From assembly GCA_944372585.1 (NCBI GenBank), contig CALVZQ010000001.1:136645-200644 (forward strand): a stretch of 64,000 bases of DNA. Direction: 5' to 3'. Made by a program: the position numbers and the translations under genes. Within the stretch, counting starts at the first letter, position 1, and each line of letters starts with the position of its first letter. This document shows positions 47,810-58,329 of this stretch, piece by piece. The notes under the pieces were generated by a model that saw only the letters and a program-made list of their open reading frames with translations, did no database searches and had not been told where the DNA came from. This DNA is from an uncultured Clostridia bacterium (GTDB taxonomy: Bacteria > Bacillota > Clostridia > Christensenellales > UBA1242).

Positions 47810-49972
47810 ATGGAATACAAAAAATATGTTATTAATGTTGCAGGTAGAGATGTTTCCTTTGAAACTGGAAAATGGTGTGGTCAATCCAATGGCTCTTGCG
47901 TTGTGAGAAGTGGTGACACTGTTGTCATGGTTAATGTCACTATGAGTGAAGAACCAAAACCTGGCACCGATTTCTTTCCTCTTTCTGTTGAATACCAAGA
48001 AAAGATGTATTCAATCGGAAAAATCCCTGGAGGGTTCAAAAAAAGAGAAGGTCGTCCAAGTGATAAGGCCATCTTGGTTTCAAGACTTATCGACAGACCT
48101 CTTAGACCTCTTTTCCCAAAAGGTTTCTTCAACGATGTGGTTGTTGTTGCAACCGCTCTCTCAATTGACCCAGATGTCAGTCCAGAACCTCTTGCTATGC
48201 TAGGTTCTTCCTTTGCACTTGCAATCTCTGACATTCCTTTCCTTGGACCTACTGGTTCTGTTCAGGTTGGATTGGTTGATGGAGAATTTGTCATCAATCC
48301 TGACCAAGAACAAAGAGAAAAAAGTGATTTGGCTTTGACAGTCAGTGGAACGGAAGAAGCGGTTTTGATGGTTGAGGCAGGGGCTAACGAGGTGTCAGAG
48401 AGTGTTATGCTTGATGCCATTATGTTTGCTCACGAAGAAATCAAAAAGATTGTTCATGAACTTAAGAAAATCAAAGAAGAGATTGGGAAGCCTGTAAATT
48501 CAAAAATCTCTTACTATGCTGTTCCTGAAGAAATTGATAAGGCTGTCAGAGAATATGCTGATGAAAAATATGATTATGTTTTGGACACATTTGTAAGGAG
48601 TGAAAGAGAAGCAAGAGAAGAGGAAGTAAAGGCCGATATCTTTGCTCATTTTGCCGAAATATTTCCTGAAAAAGAAAGAGAAATTGGTGATGTTCTCTAC
48701 AAAATTAAGAAAGAAAAAGTCAGAGCACATATTTTGGAAAAAGGCGTTCGTCCAGATGGAAGAAAATTGGAAGAAATTCGTCCAATTTGGTGCGAAGTGG
48801 GTGTTCTTCCAAGAGTTCATGGCTCTGCTGTGTTCACGAGAGGAGAAACTCAGGTTTTGTCTTGTTTGACACTCGGAACTGTCAGTGATGTTCAAAAACT
48901 TGAAGGTCTTGATGATGAAGAGGTCAACCGTTATGTTCATCACTATAATATGCCACCTTATGCGACTGGTGAGGCTAAAATGATTAAGGGGACTGGTCGT
49001 CGTGAAATTGGTCATGGAGCTTTGGCTGAAAGAGCTTTGGAACCTGTCGTTCCAAAGGAAGACGTTTTCCCTTATGCTCTCAGAATTGTCAGTGAAGTTC
49101 TTTCTTCAAACGGTTCTTCTTCTATGGCTTCAACTTGTGGTTCAACTCTTGCTTTGATGGACGGCGGTGTGCCTATTTCTGCGCCTGTTTCCGGAATTGC
49201 TATGGGACTTATTAAAGACGAAAACAGCAGAAAAGTTGCCGTGCTTTCTGACATTCAAGGACTTGAAGATTTCTTGGGCGATATGGACTTTAAAGTTACG
49301 GGAACTGCTAAAGGAATCACTGCAATACAAATGGATATCAAAATTAAAGGAATTGACAAGGCAATCTTGACTGAGGCTTTGGAAAGGGCAAAGATTGGAA
49401 GAATGCAAATTATGGAAAAGATGCTTGCTTGCATTGACAAGCCAAGAGCAGAAATTTCTAAATATGCTCCAAAAATTATCACATTCACTATTGACCCAGA
49501 CAAGATTAAAGACGTCATTGGTTCTGGTGGAAAAACAATCAACAAAATCATTGATGAGACTGGTGTTAAGATTGATATTGAAGATGACGGAACTGTTTTC
49601 ATTGCATCTGTTGACAGTGACATGAATGAAAAAGCTAAGAAAATCATTCTCTCAATCACTGAAGATGTTGAAGTTGGTGATGTTTATGACGGAAAAGTTG
49701 TTCGCATCATGAATTTTGGTGCTTTTGTTGATTTGGGCGGAGGAAAGGAAGGAATGATTCACATTTCAAAACTTTCAAACAAGAGAGTTGACAAAGTTGA
49801 AGATGTTGTCAAGATTGGTGACAATGTCGAAGTTGAAGTTATAAAAATTGACGATAAAGGAAGAATTGACCTTAAGAGAATTGTTCCTCAAGAAGAAAAA
49901 GAAGCAAATGAAAAAGAAAAAACTTCAAAAAAAGTTGAAAAATCTGAAGATGTTAAAAGCAAAAAAGACTAG
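47810..49972 (+). CDS. pnp: polyribonucleotide nucleotidyltransferase (PNPase)
   Basis: Two RNase PH domains, then KH and S1 domains (GKVVRIMNFGAFVDL). The start is set at MEYKKY. The longer ORF from 47651 overlaps rpsO and its terminator. Confidence 0.96.
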   Translation: MEYKKYVINVAGRDVSFETGKWCGQSNGSCVVRSGDTVVMVNVTMSEEPKPGTDFFPLSVEYQEKMYSIGKIPGGFKKREGRPSDKAILVSRLIDRPLRPLFPKGFFNDVVVVATALSIDPDVSPEPLAMLGSSFALAISDIPFLGPTGSVQVGLVDGEFVINPDQEQREKSDLALTVSGTEEAVLMVEAGANEVSESVMLDAIMFAHEEIKKIVHELKKIKEEIGKPVNSKISYYAVPEEIDKAVREYADEKYDYVLDTFVRSEREAREEEVKADIFAHFAEIFPEKEREIGDVLYKIKKEKVRAHILEKGVRPDGRKLEEIRPIWCEVGVLPRVHGSAVFTRGETQVLSCLTLGTVSDVQKLEGLDDEEVNRYVHHYNMPPYATGEAKMIKGTGRREIGHGALAERALEPVVPKEDVFPYALRIVSEVLSSNGSSSMASTCGSTLALMDGGVPISAPVSGIAMGLIKDENSRKVAVLSDIQGLEDFLGDMDFKVTGTAKGITAIQMDIKIKGIDKAILTEALERAKIGRMQIMEKMLACIDKPRAEISKYAPKIITFTIDPDKIKDVIGSGGKTINKIIDETGVKIDIEDDGTVFIASVDSDMNEKAKKIILSITEDVEVGDVYDGKVVRIMNFGAFVDLGGGKEGMIHISKLSNKRVDKVEDVVKIGDNVEVEVIKIDDKGRIDLKRIVPQEEKEANEKEKTSKKVEKSEDVKSKKD

Positions 49973-49991
49973 CCAATTCTAGTCTTTTTTT
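49965..49991 (+). terminator. rho-independent terminator after pnp
   Basis: AAGACTAG / CTAGTCTT (includes the stop codon) followed by T7. Confidence 0.75.
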
Positions 49992-50010
49992 GTTGAACAC
50001 ATATGTGCAA

Positions 50011-50760
50011 TTATTGAAATATTACGAAATATTGGAGAAATTGAGTGAACTGGTTGTTTTCATATTGCAACTCATTTACAACATATCCAAGAACATTTAC
50101 TTGTGCCACAGCGGTGGCTTTTTGATATATTTGCAAAAACCAGATGTTTTGAGTGGGGTTGAAGACCGGGAAAACTGTGTTTACAAAACCGATATCTATG
50201 TTTGGGTCTTTTACTGTGCCGTCTCTGTTGTAAATTTTTTCTTTGTAAAATTTGTCCATGTTTGAAACATCAAGAAGATAGGTGGTTGTGTTTGTTTTGA
50301 TTTCAGCTCTATAATTATCTAGAAAAGTTCCAGAATATTGGTTGTTTTGTGAGAATTCTTCAAAATCAAACAATGTTTTGTGGCCAGTTCCAGACAATTC
50401 ATAAACATAATAAAATCCATAACCGCCACTGCCACCAGAGTCAGCAGAATAGAAAATTTGCTGCAAACCATTCCCTATGAAATCGAGAGGTGTAAGCTTT
50501 GGGGAATAGCCGTAATTTATTGTGGGAACAAAAGAATAGAGTAAATTGTTGTCATTGTCAAAAACTCTGATTTCAATGTTTTGTATAAACGGAGAATTTG
50601 ACATCTTGTTTCCGTAAATGCTGATTGTGTTGGTTATTTCAGGAGCATACAGCGTTGCCGTTGTTGTGAAAATTAATTCTTTTTCTTTCATATTGTTTGT
50701 TATATTCATGGTTCTTCCAAAAAGTGAAAGAAAGATGAGTAACATAAGTGTAATTTTCAT
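50011..50760 (-). CDS. secreted hypothetical protein, possibly FG-GAP/VCBS-like
   Basis: Signal peptide MKITLMLLIFLSLFG. The motif DFIGNGLQQIFYSADSGGSGGYG resembles an FG-GAP calcium loop. Confidence 0.55.
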   Translation of the reverse strand: MKITLMLLIFLSLFGRTMNITNNMKEKELIFTTTATLYAPEITNTISIYGNKMSNSPFIQNIEIRVFDNDNNLLYSFVPTINYGYSPKLTPLDFIGNGLQQIFYSADSGGSGGYGFYYVYELSGTGHKTLFDFEEFSQNNQYSGTFLDNYRAEIKTNTTTYLLDVSNMDKFYKEKIYNRDGTVKDPNIDIGFVNTVFPVFNPTQNIWFLQIYQKATAVAQVNVLGYVVNELQYENNQFTQFLQYFVIFQ

Positions 50761-50868
50761 GATGTTATTGTTTGTTTAAATTAAATTTTTATAATTTTTA
50801 ATTTTTTTAAGAAATTACTTGACTTGTGTATTTTTTACGCATATAATGATGATGTATGGAGGAGAAAT

Positions 50869-51516
50869 ATGGACATAACCAATCCATTATATCAAAATCA
50901 GGGTATCCATGTTGTGCTTGCTTTGTTTACTGTTGAAGATGGAAAATTTAAGGTCTTTTTGATTAAACGAAAAAATCAACCATACAAGGACAAGTGGATA
51001 TTGATTGGCGGTGCGTGTTATAACAATGAGGATACTGACACTGCAATGAGAAGGGAAATGAAAGAAAAAACTGGAATTGAAGATGTAAGTTTTCAAAGGT
51101 TTGATGTATTCTCTAGACCAGACAGAAGTCCTCTTTGGAGAATGATTGCTGTTGCACATGTTGGAGTTATTGATTGCAAGCGTGTTCATTTTTTGAGAAC
51201 CACAACAAAAACTGTTGACGCAGATTGGTTTCAAATTGACAGAGTTCCAGCACTTGGATATGACCATGAAGAAATTTTGAATGGAGCAATTGAATTTTTG
51301 CGACAAAAGATTTTTGACAGTGACATTCTCAAAAACCTGTTTCCAAAACAATTTACATTACCGGAATTGCATAAGGCTTATGAGAGCATCTTGAACAAAC
51401 AGATAGACCGAAGAAATTTCAGAAAACGTTTGTTGCAACAAAACATAATTGCAGATACTGGACTTGAACAAGAAATTGCAAGAAAGAAACCAGCAAAACT
51501 TTATCGATTTGTGTGA
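50869..51516 (+). CDS. Nudix-domain plus winged-helix protein (NrtR-like regulator)
   Basis: Nudix box GGACYNNEDTDTAMRREMKEKTGI, with the second Glu of the REuxEE core replaced by Lys. C-terminal FTLPELHKAYESILNKQIDRRNFRKRL matches the NrtR wHTH. GGAGGAG precedes the ATG at 50869. Confidence 0.7.
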   Translation: MDITNPLYQNQGIHVVLALFTVEDGKFKVFLIKRKNQPYKDKWILIGGACYNNEDTDTAMRREMKEKTGIEDVSFQRFDVFSRPDRSPLWRMIAVAHVGVIDCKRVHFLRTTTKTVDADWFQIDRVPALGYDHEEILNGAIEFLRQKIFDSDILKNLFPKQFTLPELHKAYESILNKQIDRRNFRKRLLQQNIIADTGLEQEIARKKPAKLYRFV

Positions 51517-51593
51517 CATTGATTTTATTAAGGCTTATTGCCTTTTTAAAATAAAAATAAATGCGTAAAAAGTACGCAATAGAAGGAGGAAAA

Positions 51594-52667
51594 ATGAAGA
51601 CTATTGTTGTTAATCTTTTGGGTGGAGCAGGAGCAGGAAAGTCGACTGTTGCTGCTTTGGTGTTTGGACAGTTAAAGAAAAAAGGTGTAAACTGTGAACT
51701 TGTCACTGAATATGCAAAAGGTGTTGTTTATGAAGAAAATATGAAAAGACTTCAAAATCAACTATATATTTTCAGCAAACAATATTATTCCATGGATATG
51801 ATTAGGGACAAAGTGAATGTTATCATTACCGATTCGCCACTTCTTTTGAGTTTGTATTATAACAGAAACTTTGGTGCTAACAATTTTCTGAGGGTTCCTG
51901 ATGAAATCTTTGACAAACTTGTTTTGTATTGCTATACAACATTTGACAATTTGAATTTTTACATTGAAAGAAACCATGAGTATAAACAAGAAGGCAGATA
52001 CCAAGATGAGACTAGAGCGAAACAAGAAGAGGCAGTCATTAGACAAATGATTGACGGACTGAGAATTGATTGTGAACACTTGTTGTCGACTGATGATTGT
52101 GTTGGCATCATCGTTAAAGCAGTTGAAGAAAGATGTGAGTATTATAAAGATCTTCACAAATCAGGACTTGAGGTTGAAAGAAAATTTTTGATTGAAAAAC
52201 TTCCTTCTGATATTGACAAATTCAAAAAGGACTTCATTTTTCAAGGCTATCTGACTCGAAATGAAAAAGAAATAAGAATCAGAAATGTTAGCAATCAGCA
52301 CTACTTTTTAACAGAAAAATATGGGAGGGGAATGATCAGGGAAGAATATGAAAAAGAATTGACCCGAGAAGATTTTTTCGAACTTCTCAAAAAGGTGGAT
52401 AAAAAGGTTGTTGAAAAAACTAGATATTACTATCCTTTGGAAGATGGAAAAGTTGCAGAACTAGACCTATATTTTGGAGCAAACAAGGGTTTGATCACTG
52501 CTGAAGTTGAGTTTGATAATGCTGATGAGGCAAGAAGATTTGTTCCACCTGCTTGGTTTGGTCGAGATGTTACAGAAGATGAAAGTTATAAAAATCTTTC
52601 GCTTGCAAAAAACTTGAGCGGGACGCAATCATCATTAAATAATGAACCAAGCAGAATTGTTGGTTAA
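51594..52667 (+). CDS. P-loop kinase-like domain fused to a CYTH (triphosphate tunnel metalloenzyme) domain
   Basis: Walker A GGAGAGKST at the N-terminus. The C-terminal half begins with the CYTH signature EVERKFLI and ends ...AEVEF...PAWFGRDVTEDESYKNLSLA. Confidence 0.75.
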   Translation: MKTIVVNLLGGAGAGKSTVAALVFGQLKKKGVNCELVTEYAKGVVYEENMKRLQNQLYIFSKQYYSMDMIRDKVNVIITDSPLLLSLYYNRNFGANNFLRVPDEIFDKLVLYCYTTFDNLNFYIERNHEYKQEGRYQDETRAKQEEAVIRQMIDGLRIDCEHLLSTDDCVGIIVKAVEERCEYYKDLHKSGLEVERKFLIEKLPSDIDKFKKDFIFQGYLTRNEKEIRIRNVSNQHYFLTEKYGRGMIREEYEKELTREDFFELLKKVDKKVVEKTRYYYPLEDGKVAELDLYFGANKGLITAEVEFDNADEARRFVPPAWFGRDVTEDESYKNLSLAKNLSGTQSSLNNEPSRIVG

Positions 52668-52954
52668 TTGTTTTTCGGCATGGAATTATAAAATTCATTT
52701 AGACCTTGTTCAAAATATTTTTGACTGTCTGGATCAAGATAAAACAAAAGACCAAATAATTGACCAGTATGCACTTTTTCCTCATTTACGATGTCTTTGA
52801 GGGTTTGATTTACAACCACATCATTTGAACTTGCTATATGGTTTTCATATTGAATGATTGCATCAAGCTCTCCTATTATGTCTGCCCGCGTGTTTTGAGC
52901 AAGGGTTTGTTTGCTTGTTGTTGACAAATCTAAAATATTCGTGAAATTTTTCAT
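52664..52954 (-). CDS. small ferritin-like protein (EncFtn/rubrerythrin-like four-helix family)
   Basis: 96 aa. GELDAIIQYENH ... VNEEKVHTGQLF matches the E-x-x-...-Y / EE-x-x-H di-iron pattern of encapsulated-ferritin-like proteins. Confidence 0.5.
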   Translation of the reverse strand: MKNFTNILDLSTTSKQTLAQNTRADIIGELDAIIQYENHIASSNDVVVNQTLKDIVNEEKVHTGQLFGLLFYLDPDSQKYFEQGLNEFYNSMPKNN

Positions 52955-53078
52955 TTATTTTTCTCCTTTTATGATTTTATTTATGCTGTTTCTCTCCTGC
53001 TTGATTGTGTATTTACATGAACATTTGAGCGAATAAAAATATATAATGATTATGAACATACTTTAAGGAGGAAATTAA

Positions 53079-54371
<1,293 letters not shown>

Positions 54372-54380
54372 TAATTTAAA

Positions 54381-54409
54381 AAGATAAGAATTCAATCTTA
54401 TCTTTTTTT
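54381..54409 (+). terminator. rho-independent terminator after the collagen-like gene
   Basis: AGATAAGA / TCTTATCT followed by T6. Confidence 0.75.
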
Positions 54410-54445
54410 ATTGGATTTAATTTTGACAAGTGTTATAATTTTTTT

Positions 54446-54808
54446 ATGATAAATTTTGATTTTTATTTAGACAAACTTTCAAAATCCAAATTTCGTTCAA
54501 AATTTGAGTTGAAGCAAACGGATTTTGATTATATTCAAGATAAGGGACTGGAGAAAATCAACCAACATGCGTATGATTTCATCTCAAAAAGGTTGGCGCC
54601 AGAGTTTGTTGCAAATGATGGGAAACAAACACCTATGAGAGGGCATCCGGTTTTTATTGCACAGCATGCCACAGCAACTTGTTGCAGGGGTTGCCTTTTT
54701 AAATGGTACAAAATTCCTAAAGATATTCCACTTAATCAAGAGCAAATTGAATTTGTTGTCGGACTTATTATGTCTTGGATAGAAAAACAGTTGGAAAAGA
54801 AATTTTGA
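54446..54808 (+). CDS. DUF4186-family protein
   Basis: DGKQTPMRGHPVFIAQHATATCCRGCLFKWY is the conserved core of this family as I recall it. Confidence 0.7.
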   Translation: MINFDFYLDKLSKSKFRSKFELKQTDFDYIQDKGLEKINQHAYDFISKRLAPEFVANDGKQTPMRGHPVFIAQHATATCCRGCLFKWYKIPKDIPLNQEQIEFVVGLIMSWIEKQLEKKF

Positions 54809-54872
54809 AAAGTCTATTAAATTGCCATAAATTGATTTTGAAATTTGCCACTTTTCATGTATAATTTTTGTG

Positions 54873-56819
54873 ATGGAACAAACACAGTCAAAGACTAAAA
54901 TTTTTTTTAAATATTTTTGGTCCACTTTCAAAGAAGGCAGATTTTTGCTTTTAAAGTATATTATTGTTGCTGTATTGTGCAGCATCATTTCTGTTTTGGC
55001 AAATCTTTTAGGTGTTGAAGAATTGACTTATCTCAATGCTTTTCTTTCGCTTTATGCCTTTGCCAGCATTATTGCATTTGGTGTCGGAAATGGAATATCT
55101 GTTTTTATCAACCAAAATATAGGTTCAAAATTTAAGGTAAGAAAATATGCAAAAATAGGATTTGAAATAAACTTCATATTCGGTTGTGTTGCCACTTTGG
55201 TTCTTGTTCTTTTTCCCAAATTTTTTATGGAAACTTTGATGGATTACAGGCCAGATAACTACACATTTTATTACATTATGTGCGGATATTTCTTTTTATC
55301 TTGCACAAATTCTTATCTTCTTGAAACGATGAAATGTCTAAAATTTTTCAAACAGCAACTGACAAGTGAAATTATACCACTCATAACCACAATTATTGGA
55401 TTTTTAGTTCTTTATTTTTGCGGAATTTATTATCTGAACTACATTGCCATCACATATATCATTGGAGTCGCTTTCTCAATTATGACATCTTTCGTTTTGC
55501 TCTTGAAAAACAAAGAGATATCTGTTAACTTCTTTAAATTTCAAACGGTTAATTTGACAAAAAAACAGTGGTGGATACTGATTTCCAACCTCTCCGTCGA
55601 ATTTGTTTGGCAAGTTGGATACTATGCAACAAGCATTATTTTGATCAGATTCAGCGATGGGATTTTGAATACATATGCATACCTTGAAAATGTTCTTGAT
55701 GTTTTCAATGGATTTTTATATGCATTTGCAAATGTGAGTGCAATCAAAATCACAAGATGTCTTGGTAGAAATCAATTTGACAAAGCTTATACCTATTCCA
55801 AGTACGCAATTTTTGCATCAATATTGATTTGGGTTTTCTATTTTGTTGCAAGCATGATTTTTATCTATCCTATTGCACTTGGTGTCAACAGAGAATATTT
55901 TGGTTTGATGTTCTCGGTGATTCCTTGTTATGTTGGAATTCATTTTTTCAGATTTTTAAGTTGGAATATGGGAAGTTATATGCTTAGACTTGGAGGAAAA
56001 AACACTCCGTTCGTTGTTATTGAAATTTTATGTAGTTTGATTCTTGTTTCCTCTTGCTTTGTTGTCAGGTTCATGCCTGTTAGTGTGCCTTTGGCTTATT
56101 TGATCATTTTGTTGCCAACATTGATTTTCCTTCCAGTTTATTTTTACATTTTCAAAAGCAAAAAATGGATCAACAATATAAATGAAGATCCAAATCTTAT
56201 ATCAAATCAGGTCAAAGTCACAATTTTTGATTTTAGAGATACTCTTGTTTGGGATATGAAAAAAGATAATCACAGAGAAATGAATCTTCAATGGTTTAAC
56301 AATCATTTTTCATATATGTCAGAAAAAGAAAGAGCAAGATTGTTAAAAAAATATGATTGTGGACCAAATGGTGAAGGTCTTTCAAGTCAAATTAACGAAA
56401 TTCTTTTTGATGTTGAGGGGAATAATGCATCATATTTGATTTTCAGAGAATTTGTGGAAACAAATGAAAATTATATTCGAGGAAAACATATCAGCAATAG
56501 CGAATTGCAGAAATTTAAAGATCTTGGGAAAATTTATATTGTTTCAAATTGGAAAGAAAAAGATTTGCAAAGAGCAGTGGATTATAATGAATTTGATCGA
56601 AATTTATTTGAAGGCATAATAAGCAATGATATATCAAAAAAGGAAAATTTGGACAAGAGCAAGATTTATAAAAAAATTATGAAAGAAAACAAGTTGAAAC
56701 CTAATCAAATTTTGGTTATTGGAAACAATTTTAAGCATGATTTGAGTTCTGCAAAAAAACTTGGAATGCATTACTATCTTGTTAAAGATGGCTTTACTTA
56801 TGATGAAATTTTGACCTAG
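54873..56819 (+). CDS. MATE/MOP-superfamily polytopic transporter fused to a C-terminal HAD-like hydrolase domain
   Basis: About 440 aa with roughly 12 hydrophobic helices. A cytosolic domain follows with HAD-like motifs (IFDFRDTLVWD; IYIVSNW; K...VIGNNFKHDL). Confidence 0.65.
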   Translation: MEQTQSKTKIFFKYFWSTFKEGRFLLLKYIIVAVLCSIISVLANLLGVEELTYLNAFLSLYAFASIIAFGVGNGISVFINQNIGSKFKVRKYAKIGFEINFIFGCVATLVLVLFPKFFMETLMDYRPDNYTFYYIMCGYFFLSCTNSYLLETMKCLKFFKQQLTSEIIPLITTIIGFLVLYFCGIYYLNYIAITYIIGVAFSIMTSFVLLLKNKEISVNFFKFQTVNLTKKQWWILISNLSVEFVWQVGYYATSIILIRFSDGILNTYAYLENVLDVFNGFLYAFANVSAIKITRCLGRNQFDKAYTYSKYAIFASILIWVFYFVASMIFIYPIALGVNREYFGLMFSVIPCYVGIHFFRFLSWNMGSYMLRLGGKNTPFVVIEILCSLILVSSCFVVRFMPVSVPLAYLIILLPTLIFLPVYFYIFKSKKWINNINEDPNLISNQVKVTIFDFRDTLVWDMKKDNHREMNLQWFNNHFSYMSEKERARLLKKYDCGPNGEGLSSQINEILFDVEGNNASYLIFREFVETNENYIRGKHISNSELQKFKDLGKIYIVSNWKEKDLQRAVDYNEFDRNLFEGIISNDISKKENLDKSKIYKKIMKENKLKPNQILVIGNNFKHDLSSAKKLGMHYYLVKDGFTYDEILT

Positions 56820-56873
56820 TTCTGTCGCTTTGAGCATTTGATTTTTTGATAACTAAATTTTAAGGAGGAGAAT

Positions 56874-58100
56874 ATGAATTTAAAAAAATTGAAAGAAGTT
56901 GATGTTGAGGTCTACAATGCCATAAAAAAAGAAGAAAGACGACAAAAACAACATATCGAACTTATTGCCAGTGAAAATTTCACAAGTGAGGCTGTTCGTG
57001 AAGCAGTTTCAAGTGTTTTGACAAACAAATATGCAGAAGGTTATCCGGGCAAAAGATATTATTGTGGGTGTGAAAATGTTGACATTATCGAAAGTTTGGC
57101 AATCGAACGCGCAAAAAAACTTTTTCATGCCGAGTATGCCAATGTTCAACCACATTCTGGTGCAAATGCCAATTTTGCTGTTTACATGGCTCTTTGTAAA
57201 CCAGGAGACACAATTTTGGGCATGTCTTTGCCAGCAGGTGGTCATCTGACTCATGGAACAAAAGTTAATGTTTCTGGCAAAGTCTTTAATTCTGTTTCTT
57301 ATGGGCTGTCTTCTGAAACGGAATTGATTGACTATGACGAGGTTGAGAGGTTGGCAAAGGAGTATCATCCAAAAGTTATTGTTGCAGGTGCAAGTGCTTA
57401 TCCAAGGAAAATTGATTTTGTCAGATTCAGAGAAATTGCAGACAGTGTTGGAGCTTATCTTATGGTTGATATGGCTCACATTGCAGGTCTTGTTGCAGCC
57501 GGATTGCATCCAAATCCTTGTGAGGTTGCAGATGTTGTCACAACCACAACTCACAAGACATTGAGAGGCCCTAGGGGAGGATTGATCCTCTGCAAAGCAG
57601 AGCTTGGAAAGAAAATTGATAGTGCCGTTTTTCCTGGAACTCAAGGTGGTCCACTTGAACATGTGATTGCAGGAAAGGCTGTTATGCTTAAAGAAGCGTT
57701 GCAACCAGAGTTTGTGACTTATCAAAAACAAGTTTTGAAAAATTGCAAAGTGCTTGCGGAGGAATTGCAAAGATATGGTTTTCGTTTGGTTTCTGGTGGT
57801 ACTGACAATCATCTTGTGCTTGTTGATCTTACACCATTCAATGTGACAGGAAAAGAAGCATCAGAGCTTTTGCATAGAGCAAATATAACTACAAACAAAA
57901 ACTCCATTCCAAACGAACGATTGAGTCCAACAGTGACAAGTGGTTTGCGTTTGGGAACGCCAGCAGTGACAACTCTGGGAATGAAAGAGGAGGAGATGAA
58001 GGTCATCGCAAAATTAATATATCAAGTTGTGACAAAAAAAGAGGCGGCAATCAAAGATGTCAAAGCGCAAGTTCTTGGATTGATGAAAAAATTTGTTTAG
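56874..58100 (+). CDS. glyA: serine hydroxymethyltransferase
   Basis: IELIASENF and [14 protein letters not shown] (PLP-lysine motif). AAGGAGG SD. Confidence 0.97.
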   Translation: MNLKKLKEVDVEVYNAIKKEERRQKQHIELIASENFTSEAVREAVSSVLTNKYAEGYPGKRYYCGCENVDIIESLAIERAKKLFHAEYANVQPHSGANANFAVYMALCKPGDTILGMSLPAGGHLTHGTKVNVSGKVFNSVSYGLSSETELIDYDEVERLAKEYHPKVIVAGASAYPRKIDFVRFREIADSVGAYLMVDMAHIAGLVAAGLHPNPCEVADVVTTTTHKTLRGPRGGLILCKAELGKKIDSAVFPGTQGGPLEHVIAGKAVMLKEALQPEFVTYQKQVLKNCKVLAEELQRYGFRLVSGGTDNHLVLVDLTPFNVTGKEASELLHRANITTNKNSIPNERLSPTVTSGLRLGTPAVTTLGMKEEEMKVIAKLIYQVVTKKEAAIKDVKAQVLGLMKKFV

Positions 58101-58154
58101 ATGTTTTAACATTTTAAACACGGAAAAATCATAATTGAAGCAATCTGTCAGAAA

Positions 58155-58198
58155 AAAGAACTTTATGTTTTTTATAAAGTTCTTTTCTCGTTTTTTAT
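58155..58198 (+). terminator. rho-independent terminator after glyA
   Basis: AAAGAACTTTAT / ATAAAGTTCTTT 12-bp stem followed by a T-rich tail. Confidence 0.75.
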
Positions 58199-58329
58199 GT
58201 TAAAAAATTTATTTATTCGTTATGTCACAAAATGTTAAAACTTTTTGCATTAAAGTTTCACAAATTTCAATACCATTATGCCAAATTTTGTTTGATATAT
58301 GCGTAATGTTTTGATTGAGTGTTAATTTT

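Noticed and set aside
49990-50265. 91-aa + strand ORF after pnp.
   Set aside because: It overlaps the pnp terminator and is antisense to the 3' end of the better-supported 249-aa secreted-protein gene (50011-50760).
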